Part shown: piece by piece, positions 24,931-38,318 of the stretch
Numbering within the stretch: the stretch's first letter is position 1
Layout: each line of letters begins with the position of its first letter
The notes under the pieces: model-generated
The model's database searches: none
Told to the model about the DNA's origin: nothing
The model's input: only the letters and a program-made list of their open reading frames with translations
Translations under genes and position numbers: made by a program
Origin: Squalus acanthias
Lineage: Eukaryota
NCBI GenBank assembly: GCA_030390025.1
Contig: CM059432.1
Location: 104,100,001-104,164,000, forward strand
Length of the DNA: 64,000 nt
Direction of reading: 5' to 3'

Positions 24931-26064
24931 ACAACAACAACTTGTATTTATATAGTGGCTTTAACGTAGTAAAATGTCCCACGGCGCTACACAGGAGCAT
25001 TATAAAACAAAATTTAACACCGAGCCACATAAGGAGATATTAGGGCAGAGCTTGGGCAAAGAGTTAGGTTTTGAGGAGCATCTTAAAGGAGGAAAGGAGG
25101 AGAGGTTTGGAGGTTTAGTGAGGGAATCAAGCTGAGGGAATCAAGCTTAGGGCCTTGGCAGCTGAAGGCACGGCCACCAGTGGTAGAACGACTGAAATCA
25201 GGGATGCTCAAGGGGCCAAGATTGGAGTGGCGCAGATATCTCGGAAGGTTATGGGTTGGAGGAGATTACACAGATAGGTGGTGGGGGCGGGGGGCATGGT
25301 GGGATTTAAAAACAAGGATGAGAATTTTAAAATCGAGGCATTGCTTAACCGGGAGCCAATGTAGGTCAGTGAGTACAGGGGTGACGAGTGAACGAGGCTT
25401 GAGTGCGAGCTAAGAAACGGGCAGCAGAGTTTTGGATGACCTCAATTTTACGGAGGGTAGAAGGTGAGAGGCCGGCCAGGAGTGCGTTGGAATAGTCAAG
25501 GCTAGAGGTAACAAAGGCATGGATGAGATGAGGGTTTCAGCAGCAGATGATCTGAGGCAGGGACAGAGTCGGGCGATGTTCTGGAGGTGGAAATAGGCAG
25601 TCTTAGTGATGGTGCGGATATGTGGTCAGAAGCTCATCTATGACACCAAGGTTGCGAACAGTCTGGTTCAGCCTCAGACAGTTGCCAGGGAGAGGGATGG
25701 AGTCAGTGGCTAGGGAACAGAGTTTGTGGCGGGGACCGAAGACAATGGCTTTGGTCTTCCCAATATTTAGTTGGAGGAAATTTCTGCTCATCCAGTACTG
25801 GATGTCGGACAAGCAGTCTGACAATTTAGAGACCGCGGAGGGGTCGAGAGAAGTGGTGGTGAGGTAGAGCTGGGTGTCATCAGCGACATGTAAAAACTGA
25901 CGCTGTTTTCGGATGATGTCACCGAGGGGCAGCATGTAGATGAGAAATAGGAGGGGGCCAAGGATAGATCCTTGGGGGGGTCACCAGAGGTAACGGTATG
26001 GGAGCAGGAAGAGAACCCATAGCAGGTGATTCTCTGGCTACTATTAGATAAATAAGAATGGAAC
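24931..26064 (-). mobile_element. L2-clade LINE 3' portion
   Basis: RT motif VADDTQLYL...WMSRNFLQLNIGKTKAIVFG. L2-type tail ...ttttactacgttaaagccactatataaatacaagttgttgtt; the same tail occurs at 28840-28910 and 31225-31580. Confidence 0.9.
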
Positions 26065-29019
26065 AGTCATATAAATGCACAAAAAAGATAAAATTACTGT
26101 ATACAGTGCTGAATGGTTACATATAGCATCATATAACATACAAGACCTGACTGCTGCCATTATTTTAGATGTAATTTTTTATTTTTTTTAATTGTGTGCA
26201 TAAAATGTTGAATTGTAATGAATTTTATTTGGATGACCTGTCACTCCGAATGTCCTCTCCACAGATGGAAGGTAATGAAACACATTGTGACATACTGCAT
26301 TCCAGGCAATTGTGCAACTGGCATGGTGCAAGCACAAAATAAAAACCAACAGGAACGAGCTGCAAGAGAATTCAGCATTTCATAATTTAAATTTTCATGG
26401 GTGTTGGGAGTGGAGAAAAATGAATTTTTGAAAGAACCAATAAGCCAAGCAGAAAAAGTAAGGAGAAATTATTAACTGTAGACAATGTTTGTTATGTAGT
26501 ATGTGGCAGAAATGAGAAATTGCCTTTCAAAAGGTCTGCTGCTGAGGCCCTTAATACAACTGGGATTAGAACATTTTAAGCCAACAAATACAAAAAGAGG
26601 CCACATACAGTATAAAAAAGATATACAATGAGAAACATTATGCAAACAGAGCAAAGCTGTAAATTCAATCCTTCCTGAAATTTTGAAAGATTGCAATCTC
26701 ACGAATACATACAATTGAGAGGTGGCCAGTTTCCTTGAAGAAACCTGCACCACAAGCTACATATCGGAAAGAAAAAGAGCAAGACTGAATCATTGAAATG
26801 TCACACAAAAACACAGAGCAAGGGTTTGGGGGCTGCGGTGGGTGGGGGGGGGGGGGAGGAAAAGAGAATAAGGAGAAGAAGAAAAGTCATGGCTCGTGCT
26901 TTTTAAAAGAAGCATTGATAAGGTTCAGGGATATGTTATGCAAAAAACAAGTAGCAGACTAGTTAGCACAATATGAACAAGATAAAGAAGCAGTAAAGAT
27001 AAACCAGGTGTTCTCAAACCGTGGGGTGTGCTCCATTATAAAGAGATACAAGTGGACAAAGCAAAGAAGAAATGGATGTGAATGAGGAAGGCGAGGTTGA
27101 CAGCAATAAAAGCTTTGCAGTTATTTTTGCACTTACTGGATCCATCGTTAGAGAGGCTCAAAAAACGATGAATTTTTCTTGGTGGGATCCAGCTCGATTA
27201 AACTGGAGATTGTGGGGCGCAAGTGTAAGTTTGAGAACTACTGAGCTAAACTAGAACGCCAACCTCTTCACACTCACTGACCTATGAAATAGACTGCCAC
27301 CTAGTGCAGGAGATGTTTCATTCATTCAGAAAGCATTTACACAAGAGCAAAGAGATGGTTGCTTAGGTGGAAAATTTTCTGAAGAGTCAGATCAGGTCAG
27401 GATCTAGATTAAAAGAAATCTGGGTGGATTAAGTTACCCTTTTTTTCCTATAAGTTTTGTTTAAAAAGTATATTTCATAGCAATAATTCTGGTGCTTGGT
27501 CAACTGAAGTTACCAAATAATGGTCATTATTCCTGGATTGTGGGAACAAGAGCAAAAAAAATATCCACATTTAAGTCCATAAAATCAAGGTTAAACTGAC
27601 CAGTGTGAACTTATTGTTTCTGCCTAATACAACCACCCCATAGATCCCCTCATGGCTCAATAGTGAATACACTGCTCAGTGAGCAATTTTAACCAGGAAG
27701 GACCCAAATTCAACCCCTGGTCTGTGAGCTACTTGATCTCAGCCAGGGTGGCAATGGGAAGCTAAAACAATTAGTGCCCCTGCCCAATATTATAACTCAC
27801 CATCCAATAATCCCTGATGGAAGCATACACACGTGGATGCCAGTGAATTGTGATGCCCATTGTTTTCTCTCTGTAAAGTGCTCAGATGTTTTTTCAACAT
27901 GGGGAGTACTATATAAATGCAAGATGCTGTTGTCGATGTCTGTATTTATGGTCAAATACTGTTGATACTGTCCAAGCTTGTATGAATAGCAACTTGAGAA
28001 AGAACTGGAGGGCTGCTGGTGGAAATTGAGCTGAACCTTAGCATGCTCACCACTTTTAAAAGAGGGGTAAAGGAGAAAAAAAAGGGGGGGGGGGGGAAAC
28101 ACACCTCATGATCAGGCTTTTATCTGGAACCCAAGTCTATAATTTAAACTAGAAGAATCCACAATTAGTTGAGGTGAAGACCAGAATTCATGTTTGACGA
28201 GTCCTGTTCCTAAACAAGTACTTTTCCCAACACAGCGGGTTTGCAGAATTAAGAAGTCCATAATAGAAGGCACAACACAGTTAATGTTACATACTGATAC
28301 AGCGCAATAATGCCAAAGTATCAGTACAACACTGATGCAAATATTTGCACTTGAGACCACAAATCAAAACTCCAGCCAGTTAGTGATGCCACACTAGAAG
28401 TGAAAATCTCTTGCTGCAACACAATCCAGTCTCCTGGAGATCTGGTGCCCAGCAGGATGTTACTGTAATGCTTACTTTTCTGTCCGCAATTTAAGCTTAG
28501 GAGTAATTCATGCTCACTTCCCTTCACATAGTATAGCTGCACCCTTAGATTTTTGGAGTAAAGACATGTCTCAGGGATTTTAAACAGAAGGCTTTGCCTT
28601 AAGTCTATGAAGAGGAATTTGCTTCTTCTAATGAAGACCAAGCTCCAAGCATATACCTTCACAACACCCAGTACAAGCTTTCTCATTTCCACTAAATGAA
28701 AATAGAAAACCACTCATGGTTCAACCAAACTTGTTTGGCAGTCTGTGGGTCTGCATTTAAGCTTTAACAAACAAGTGGTTTTTGAACGTTTTTCCCATCA
28801 CACATCTCAAACTCAGAAGATTTTTTGTTTGTCTTTTAATACTCCTGTGAAGCACCTTGGGACATTTTACTACGTTAAAGGTGCTATATAAATACAAGTT
28901 GTTGTTATTACAGGAGGGAAAGTTGTGATTTAATGAGAAGTACAAGAGAACACAGCTAAGAAACAGCACAATTCAGAACTTAAATTTCAGCATACTACAA
29001 CATCAACTGTAGTGTCATC

Positions 29020-29428
29020 TTGAATCAGTGGTAAAACTCTTGCATGTGAGTTAGAATGTTGAGAGTTTAAAGCCTTCCTTAGGACCTGTGCACATAATTT
29101 AGACCGTCACTTCAGTGCAGTGCTAAGGGAGTGCTGCATCGTCAGGGTAATTTTTCAATGAGGCATTAAACTGACGCCCTATTTGCCCATTCAGGTGGAT
29201 GCAAAATATCCCATGTCACTATTCGCAGAGGAGCAGTGTTCTCCTGGTCAGCATTCATCCCTCAATCAACACCACCAAAACAGTTTAACTGGTCATTTAT
29301 CTCATTACTGTCTGTGCACTAATTGACCATCATATCTGCCAACAAATCAACAGTAATTCATTGGCTAGGAAGGGTTTGGGACATCATGAGCACACAAATT
29401 GTGCTATATAAATGCAAGTTTTCTTTTG
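29020..29428 (+). mobile_element. SacSINE1/DeuSINE-like SINE with L2-type tail
   Basis: tRNA-like head. Deu-domain-like atgaggcattaaactgacgccct..caggtggatgcaaaatatcccatgtcactatt. Tail tgctatataaatgcaagttttcttt. A tail fragment of the same family lies at 42115-42215 (minus strand). Confidence 0.7.
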
Positions 29429-31224
29429 AAATACTTAACACAAAATATGTCTGAGTTTACTAAATATGTTGCAATGTCAATCTACTGAATTGGGCCAATA
29501 AAACTCGAGAGTAATGACACAATTGCTAATGAGGGGAAGAAAAAGTACTAAGTATGGCTGCTTGCGAGTGTCAAGGATAAGGACGATCACGTGACTCTAT
29601 CCTAAAGCAAGGGACAGCTATGTTTTGGATTTTCCTGGTTGGGTGGGAAACCTATATAGCTCAATGCAGAATAGAACAAAATAATAATTCAGTTCTTGAC
29701 TTCTGCTGTAAAAATTGTACAGTAAATAGTTAAAGAAGAAATGAGTCCCATCAACCAACCAGGCATGGTCATTTAAATTACTGAAGCCATGGTTAGGATA
29801 TGACTTTATATTAAATTTGCAGAAATGCAAAATTTGAAGTAGGTGACATGAGTTTGTTTTAATTAGTAAAAAGTATGCTGGTAATTTAACTCAACATTGT
29901 CCAGTTTTAAGTTCAGAAACAGATTTCTAAACACCAACCTTCTTTTACCATAATAGCCACAACGCAAGTGAATCATTTAGCTCTAACATATCTACTCATT
30001 TGCTTATTTTTGCTACTGCACTAAACTGCTTTAAAAAAGGAATTATTTTGCTTTATTCCATCATTTTTCTGCAGGGAAATGAAAGCTTTGGGCATTGAAA
30101 AAAATGACTCTTGACTAATGTTTTCATTTGGCAACATGTGAACATGGAGAACTAGAAGGATTGTGACTTAAGTGTCGGTCTATTTTTACACCTGAAGTCT
30201 ATTGTTTAAAAAGCAGCTTTCATTACTCTTGCCACACTCATGATTAAGTGGTACTAACATGCCAAAAAGAACGTGGCTGGCCAGTTTCACATTTCAACAA
30301 GCAATTATTTGAATAAAATCATGCAAATTTGCTATAAAATATGATATTGCAGCAAATAAGTACACTGCTTGAAATCTTTTACTTTTTTATTCTTTCCCCC
30401 TCTCTCTTGAACCTTCTCTCTCATGCTAGGGCATTGGTCAACGGTAATATGACACCTTGCACCAAGTCCAAAACCGGATGGTGGATAGAGATTGAGAATG
30501 AAGTTGATGTCCATAAAATCTCTATTAATAATGAAGCACAAGTTTGAATATCGCTAATGGTAACAGCCCAAGCCACAAATACACCGACTATGCTGTGACC
30601 TGCATGTCTTCGAAGAATAAAAATTGCAATTTTCATCCAAAAACTGCAAATAAATATCAGTCATAAACTTTACCTTTTATATATATTTTTAAAAAGAGCA
30701 ACTTTCAAACCATGTTAAAAAGATCGGAGTGATTATTTGCAAGATCCATCCGCCCTTCTGCACATGCGCCCCTGTTTGGGGAACCTGAAGACCGTTTTGG
30801 TACACTCGATCGGTTGCGCATGTGCAATACGAGACTGTTTTTCCCAATTTTGCTCGTGTATCATTGGTTCCTGATCCTTCTAGACTTGGATATATTGGCG
30901 AGTACTTCCACATAAATAATAAGTTGGCAGTTACCCCTTGAAAATATCCCAGGATGAATTGCTAGCCAATTCCTCTGGGGAGAAATGTGGGAACATGAAT
31001 GGAAGGACCCTGTTCCGTCCCATTTGTTTTGGCACTTTACTATTTTTCTTCCAGACTAATAGTGCTATTTTGTTACTATTTCTTTGAACTGTTTCTCTTT
31101 CTTACTTCTCCTTTTCAACAGTTTCTGTTGGGTCTTTTCCCCTCTTACCACCTATTGCTTTATTTTTTTCACTTCCCTTATGTCTTTTTTCTTAATGTTA
31201 CTCTTCACAACACTTAACACCTCG

Positions 31225-31580
31225 ATTTTAAAATCCCTCCATGGCCTCGCCCCTCCCTATTTCTGTAACCTCCTCCAGCCCTACAACCCTCCGAGATCTC
31301 TGCACTCTTCCAATTCTGGCCTCTTGAGCATCCCCGATTTTAATCGCTCCACCATGCCGGCCGTGCCTTCAACTGCCGAGGTTCTAAGCTCTGAAATTCC
31401 CTTCCTAAACTTCTCCACCTCTCATTCCTCCTTTAAGAGGACCCTTAAAACCTGCCTCTTTGACCAAGTATCTCCTTATGTGGCTCGGTGTCAAATTGTG
31501 TTTGATAACGCTCCTGTGAAGCGCCTTGGGACGTTTTACTACGTTAAAGGCACGATATAAATACAAGTAGTTGTTGTTGA
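31225..31580 (+). mobile_element. L2 LINE 3' end
   Basis: LKSLHGLAPPYFCNLLQPYNPPRSLHSS; L2 tail with gttgttgtt. Confidence 0.88.
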
Positions 31581-31653
31581 GGAATTTCTCAGTTGTAGAG
31601 GGGAGAGTGTGGATTTTTCCATAATGTAGATCAACGCGTGCCTGAAATAGAAT

Positions 31654-32377
31654 GGGCCGGATTTTCCGACCCCCCACGGGTGTGTACGCGCCTGTAGGGG
31701 CTGCGCAAGTGCCGGTTTCAGACATGCGAAGCGCATGCACTGAAACCCAGCACTTGCAATGTCAAGAATTCTCTTGACAGATCATCCGCATGCCCAAGAA
31801 AAGGGCCTCTGTGGGTGGAGAGTTGCGCTTTTTGCACAACTTCCACCCGCTGAATGACTGTCAAATTCTTACGCCTGGTAAAAAGCTTTTACCAGCTTAA
31901 GAGTTTTAAAAATAGAAAACTGAAATTTGATAACTCATTTATAAATTAAAAATACTCTTCAAAAAGGTAAGTTTATTTTTAGCCCTGTAAAAACATTAAA
32001 AATTTTCCAAAAAATTAAATTTGTTTAAAATATTTAATTAAATGGTATTTTAATTATGCAATAAAAAAAATCATTTAATGTTTGTGTGTTTTTAAATGTG
32101 ATCCCCATTCATACTTTTGACAGTTCTGTGCGTACAGAACTGTCAAAAGTATGAAGGGGGATTCCCTTCTTTCATTGGTTCGCCTGGCCCACGTGATCCC
32201 AGGGGCGCTTGCGAACTGCATGCGTCCCTGGGATACCTGGGCCTCTGCACATTTCGAAGAGGAGAGGCCCAGGATCGCAAGCCTCGGGATCTATGGAACC
32301 AGCAGGTAAGTTCGTAGATTTTTTTTCCGATCAGAGGCATCCGCCCACAGGAAGCCTCCGATCGGAAATTCAGGGCC
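31654..32377. mobile_element. 724-bp MITE with AAT TSD (PIF/Harbinger-like), distant relative of the 36.7/52.7 kb MITEs
   Basis: Imperfect 16-bp TIRs gggccggattttccga / tcggaaattcagggcc. AAT on both sides. GC-rich ends and AT-rich core. Confidence 0.8.
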
Positions 32378-33888
32378 AATATTTTGAGTGCTACACATTA
32401 CTGAAAACAGCAGCCTCTGTTACTACCTGCAGCATGGGGAAGTTTGATAAAGCAAGACTAATAGAAAACAGGAAAAAGCAGCAAAAGCCAAATGTCAAAT
32501 GTCACACACAAGAAAGTTAGGAAGGAGCACCGAGAGAGAGAAAATCCTGCTTTTTCTTAAGAGCCAACCATCATCCCTGAACCTTCTGAGTCACTTTAAC
32601 CATTAATAGTAAAGCAGTCTGAACCTGCGGCATAGATGTGGAGCAATTTACTTATTTATTAAGAACACAATTAAAAACGGTATTCAAACTGTTTCACTTC
32701 GAGCCTTGTATAAGTATAACAAATTTAACTCTACAAGTTAAAAGCATAGCAAACTTTTGCATTTTTTTCAGTGTTTCCCCCAAGGTTCTAGCTTTTTGAA
32801 AAACAAACCTTTTTCTGCCCATTTGTAAAATATGTTAATTTCTGGCGACTCTCCCACAAACCAGACATGTGATCATCCTATTCTGCTCGCAACTGTTGAC
32901 CTTCAGTAACTTGCCCAGATGGCCATTATTCTTTGTGTAAGCCAGACAGTAAGTGCTTAGAGGATATTTCACAGTAAGGGATCACAGCTGAGCCTAATCC
33001 TGTGCTCACCTGACATTCACATACAAGTACACTTCAGCAGGGGCCCATGAATAACAAATCGGGAGTAGGAATCCTGTTTGATTTTCTCCCATCGAGCCCA
33101 GTAGAGCTGAGTGCCATTTTATAGCCCTTACAGCCACACCAGCCAAAATTTAGCACAGGCAGGCAATTCAAGGTCTGGCTCCGTTCCACAATGTTTTTAT
33201 CAACTGCACCCGAGACCCCTGATAAACATCTAATCAAAAATAATTTGCTTGGTGGCAATATTCATAGAATGAAGACACGATTTTAATTCTTAACTGAAGT
33301 TTACTAAGCTCATAGGGGAAAATTATAATTCAAATTTTAGAATACATTTGAAGTGATGCAGTAGTGTTCAAAATCAAATTTTATCAAATCAGTTGTTACC
33401 CTACTAATATAATTAGAAAGAGGGCTTCCTCTTTGGGTGACTGACTTATGGCAGTTCCTTCACAAGTATGAAAGACTCGTAATTCACGCAAGCTTCCTGC
33501 AGTGAAATAACTGAAACCCACCATCAACAACATGATGTTCTGTTTATTCCATCGGATAGAAACTTAAAATGATTTTGATACACTGTTGTTACTGGCCATT
33601 AAGTGGGATTAAGGCACATGAATTATGGACAGTAAATTTGCCAATTACATCCAACCTGTAAAGTGCATGAAATGCTGATTTAATGCAATTTGTAAAAATA
33701 TGAACTGTTCAAATTGTAAGTATTAAGAGTCTTAACAACAAATTTTTAAAAACATTAAATTATTCAAATTTTCCATTTTGGGAATTTTCTATATTTAAGG
33801 CAGCCAGCATCCATGCAATTATACATGTCATTACATACAGGAAATAAGAGGTGGCAAGAAAAAGGGGACAAAAACCTTTTGAATTGTT

Positions 33889-34020
33889 CAAAAGCAAAAT
33901 ACTGCAGATGCTGGAAATCTGAAATAAAAAACAGAAAATGCTAGAAATACTCAGCAGGCCAGGCAGCATCCGTGGAGAGAGAAACAGAGTTAACGTTTCA
34001 GGTCGATGACCTTTCGTCAG
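33889..34020 (-). mobile_element. PLE family A short element with an intact hammerhead core sequence
   Basis: Perfect 15-bp TSD accttttgaattgtt at 33874-33888 and 34021-34035. The minus strand starts CTGACGA-A-AGGTC-ATC-GACCT-GAAA-CG-TT-AACTC. Confidence 0.88.
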
Positions 34021-34508
34021 ACCTTTTGAATTGTTGTTTTCCTGGCTTGATATGAACCAAATCTCAAACCCAAACAGTTGGTCATTCAACAATCATAACA
34101 TGCATTTATATATTGCCTTTAACATATTAAAGGGCTTAAGTCAATTTACAGAAAAGGACAGACAAACCTTGTGCAGTAGCAGAAGAGTTAGTGCAGGTGA
34201 CTGAAGACATGGTCAAAGAGATAGGCTTGAGGAGGCTTTTGAAGAAAAAAAAGGGGGTAGCAAGGCATAGACATTTTTGGGGAAAGTTCCAAAGTATAGG
34301 GCCAATATGGTCGAAGGCCCTGTCATTGAAGGTGGAACGGAATCTCATGATGGAGGACATTTTGTTTCTAAAAGTACAACTGTGCTATGTGGGGGATGGG
34401 TGGGTGGGGTTGCTGCAGTTAGGAGTACTGCAAGGAAAAGTACTACTCCCTATTTTGATCTACATCATCAGGTTTTTTGTTCAAATTCTGCCAGCTAGGA
34501 TCTCCCGC

Positions 34509-34517
34509 CCCCCCCCC

Positions 34518-34549
<32 letters not shown>
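34509..34549. repeat. C homopolymer plus (CA)n microsatellite
   Basis: Seen directly. Confidence 0.95.
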
Positions 34550-34550
<1 letters not shown>

Positions 34551-36693
34551 CAAAATTTCAGGTATATTGGATGTACAAGTCTTCAGTAATAATTCAGTGA
34601 AAGAGTACACCATCAGAATAATAGGAAGGACCTTACTGGTGGAGGCTGATCCAAACTCTATTTTTGTTACCCAGTGCTGAATAAGAACTGCCAAGTACTT
34701 AAGCCAATATGGAGTTAGAAAATGGCCAATGCCTTTGAATCAGTGTTAAAACAAACAAAATGAATGCCAATCCCTATTATTCCTGTGGCCTCATTTGTTG
34801 TCACAGTTGCTGCATTCGCAACATAAAACTTCACATCTACACGTGGACATGATGCAGTGATTTAAAATATCGCCCCCCCTCCCGGTAGAAATTCAACAAG
34901 TATGCTATGGGATAATCAAAGAGTCTGTGCTGTACTGAGTAACTCGCCCTATAGTAGTTATCCTTCCAAGTGGAACAAATACTCAGAGCCTTTTAAAACT
35001 GCAGCATTCCAATAACTTGTAAATACTGCAATATAAAAGATGGATTTTGCTGGGGTTTTTTTTTAAAGAGTAGACAGACAGGGTAAATGCATTCTAAAAA
35101 TAGAAACTTTCTTGACTAAACGTAAAAATGAAAACTGGAGCTCAGTTGTCTGTGAAACAAGAGCCAGGATGTTTGGTCTATAAATTAGTCAATATATAGA
35201 GGTTTTGACTTGAGTTCCAATTAAATTGTGCTTGGTGGAAGCATAACAGTTCTGGGTAAACAGACAATGTGTAAACACCAGTTCGTCAGTCATTCTGTGC
35301 AATGGTATGCTCCACTGCATCCTTGATTTTGGTTGATTAATAGTGATCTGAACACTAGATACTATTCTCAATATCTTTATGTCAGTCCTGAATCAATTTC
35401 TGGATTCCACAAATCAACATGGGAATTGTGGCACGCCTGTACAGCACTACATTGTTGTAAACGTGGAAAGACTTTTATTCAAAAATGTTGTTGAACTGTG
35501 GAATAAATACATTCTAGAAAAGGGTAACCCTTTCTGGATGGATTCCATCCTTACTGTTTTAGTTTCTTGCTGTGTCTTACTATGTATTATCTTATATGCA
35601 ATTAAATCTATTAATTTGTAGCCAGTGTGCCATATTGGTCGAACAATACAGTACTTATCTTTTGGAGAAGACAGAAGTGATGTAGATCCCAAGTAATCCC
35701 TGGTGCACCAGACCAGTTAAAGGTTAATTGTTAATTCTATGGCTATGCCATTCACGGCAGAAGGATGCAGGTTTCGATTCATAGCAGGCTTGGTTTCCTT
35801 TTGGAAACTGCCTTTCTGCCATGAACTCAAATGAAACAAGTGTTGGGAGAAAGCCCTGAAATGTGGCAACTACACAAATTGTAAAAGGCTGATCAATATC
35901 AACTAGTGGCCTCAGTCCATGGTTAGTTTGGAAGCAGGTCTGTTAACAGACAAACAGCAAACTGTAAGCTTTATCAATAACATTAAAAATTCTACCTTAC
36001 CAAAAGCACAAAGACATCAACCGGATGTGATATGGAATAGTTTAATAAGGTGTCTGTCCCCTACTTTCTTCTTGGCTCTTATGGGCCCAGACAGCAAATA
36101 AAGGGAGGAAAGGAAAACCTCAAAAAAGTTGAAGAAATTAATTAAACATATAATTTTAATTGAGTTACTCATTAATCTGCCATGACTTTGAACATGGGGC
36201 GTCGAGTTCAAGCAGTCTTCAGGTGAAACAAAGTGAGATGGGCGTAGAATAATTGGACCAGGCTATGCAGATATAATTCAGTCCTCATTCTAAAGTCATC
36301 TGTTCTATCCTTATTTTTATACAATACTTCGATTTTGTATTATAGTTTAGTAGCAAAACTTAAGGCAATTTGGGAAGTAGAGTCCGTTGGAGCACAGTAG
36401 TAGTAATATGGGGCGAGGAGCAGAGAAATACAAAACTGAAGCACACCGGTAGGAGGGTGTAATTACAGCACAAGTTTACAGTTTCCATTCTAAGTGTGGA
36501 GATAGGAATTTATAAATGGTAAAAGTTGGAAAAAAAAGTACGACAAAAATGTCACAAAAGGAAGAAAAGTTTTAGAGACTGGAAATGCACACAGGAATAA
36601 AAATTTTAATATATTATCGATAACATCCAGTGTAAGCTTGGGAAGCTTTGACCTGAAAAAAAAATTGAAAGGTGTCACTGAATTAATAATAAT

Positions 36694-37415
36694 GGCCCAA
36701 AAATTAGTCCCGCGACGCGAGAGTACGCACTGTGTACTCTCGCGTATTCTGTCACCAATTGCCGGTTTTCTGCATGCGCTGCAAACGGCACTTGGTTTTT
36801 GGAAAAGGGGGCGGTTCCTCGGTGCACCGCGTGCGCGCTACAGGCTGCGCGCACGCTGTGCACTTAGTGCTTTGGACGCGCAGGTAAGGACGGAAGATTT
36901 TAGAAATGAAAAAAGGAGTAAGACCCACTTTTAACAAGGTAAGTAGTGAATTAAGTATTATTTTGAATTTTTAACAGGTATATCTTTTTGAGACTTTAAA
37001 GACAGGTAAGTTTATTTTTATAACTTTTTAAAAGATTTTAAATTTTTTCAAAAATTTAATTTTTTATTTAAAATGGTTAATTTATTTAACTATACTTATT
37101 TTATTAATGTGATGGTTTTTTTAAATTTAATTGAGGTTTAGCTGTTATTTTGGGGGGGGTGTAAGATTCATAGCTTTCACAGCACTTATATGAAACTTAT
37201 GAATGGAAGATGGTGTGCTGCCATTGGCTCTAACTGAGTCACGTGATCCCACAGCTCGCACAAATTCACTATGCCGGTGGGATACGCAAGCACTGCCCAG
37301 CTGATGTCTAGAACATCAAGTTCGTGCGAGCTGGATCTGAAAAAGCCAACGCGGAGTGAGAGATCGCGGGGAAGCCTTACCCCCGCGTCAACACTCAGTC
37401 TTTAATTTCTGGGCC
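36694..37415. mobile_element. 722-bp MITE with AAT TSD (PIF/Harbinger-like)
   Basis: TIRs ggcccaaaaatta / taatttctgggcc; AAT on both sides. Near-identical inverted copy at 52676-53399. Confidence 0.9.
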
Positions 37416-38010
37416 AATGATCTTAAACCTTTAAGATCTAGCATATCGCAGTATTTATAGTAATTTTTACATTTTTCAGAGCCAGTTTTTAGTTCACACC
37501 TACAGGTACAGAATTGCACAGTGACTGTAAACACAGGGTCACCTAAACTTTTATTGGACTGCCGTCTAAAGTTACTCACAGATCTCCAACCACCTTGACT
37601 ATGTTTGTCACCCTGTCCTTCATCCCACTCCCTCCAAAATTCACTGGCGATCCAGTCTATATTAGTCTAACGCAATCACATTTTCAAACAAAATATTCAA
37701 AGAATGGTACGATGGGGACCATAATTGAAGGAATTTCAGGTCAATCATAGTATTACTTTCCTTGCCTAGTGATCTTGCACAGCAGTTGCAAGCATCTTTT
37801 ATAGGAGTGGGTCTTATTCTCTCTTTTACCACAGAGGGTAGTCTGCCATGACAAATAAGAATCCCATTAGGGATGGATTCATATCAATGTCCTAGGCCCA
37901 ACCATCTTCAACTGCTTCATCAATGTGTGGAGATGCCGGCGTTGGACTGGGGTGGACAAAAATGAGAAGTCGCACAACACCAGGTTATAGTCCAACAGAT
38001 TTATTTAATT

Positions 38011-38049
38011 TTACAAGCTTTCGAAGCAGTTTGCTCCTTCGTCAGGTAA
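38011..38049 (-). ncRNA. Minimal (short stem III) type I hammerhead ribozyme motif
   Basis: UUAC-CUGACGA-A-GGAGCA-AAC-UGCUUC-GAAA-GC-UU-GUAA: core CUGANGA/GAAA, 6-bp stem II, 4-bp stem I (UUAC/GUAA), palindromic AAGCUU in place of stem III. Confidence 0.75.
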
Positions 38050-38279
38050 GTTAGCAATGAGAGAATCATTGGGGTTTTCCCAGGGTTTTTTTTTTTTAAA
38101 AAAAGACTTAACACAAGAACACAAATTGACAGGATATGCAGCCAGCAGGTGGTTTGACACGTTGGACCCCCTGGGACACATCTCATTGTCTTGGCTGTGC
38201 TCTTTGTTGTAGGGAATAATGTGAATAGATTTTGTCTGGGTTTAAATTGTGAATTCTGGGAGATTCTCTCATTGCTAAC

Positions 38280-38318
38280 TTACCTGACGAAGGAGCAAAC
38301 TGCTTCGAAAGCTTGTAA
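38280..38318 (+). ncRNA. Minimal hammerhead ribozyme motif (inverted copy)
   Basis: Identical sequence to 38011-38049 on the opposite strand. Confidence 0.75.

Noticed and set aside
30660..30940. CpG-rich patch with tgcacatgcgc/gcgcatgtgca inverted repeat as a promoter
   Set aside because: Short, and resembles the motifs of the local MITE families; probably a MITE remnant with undefined ends.
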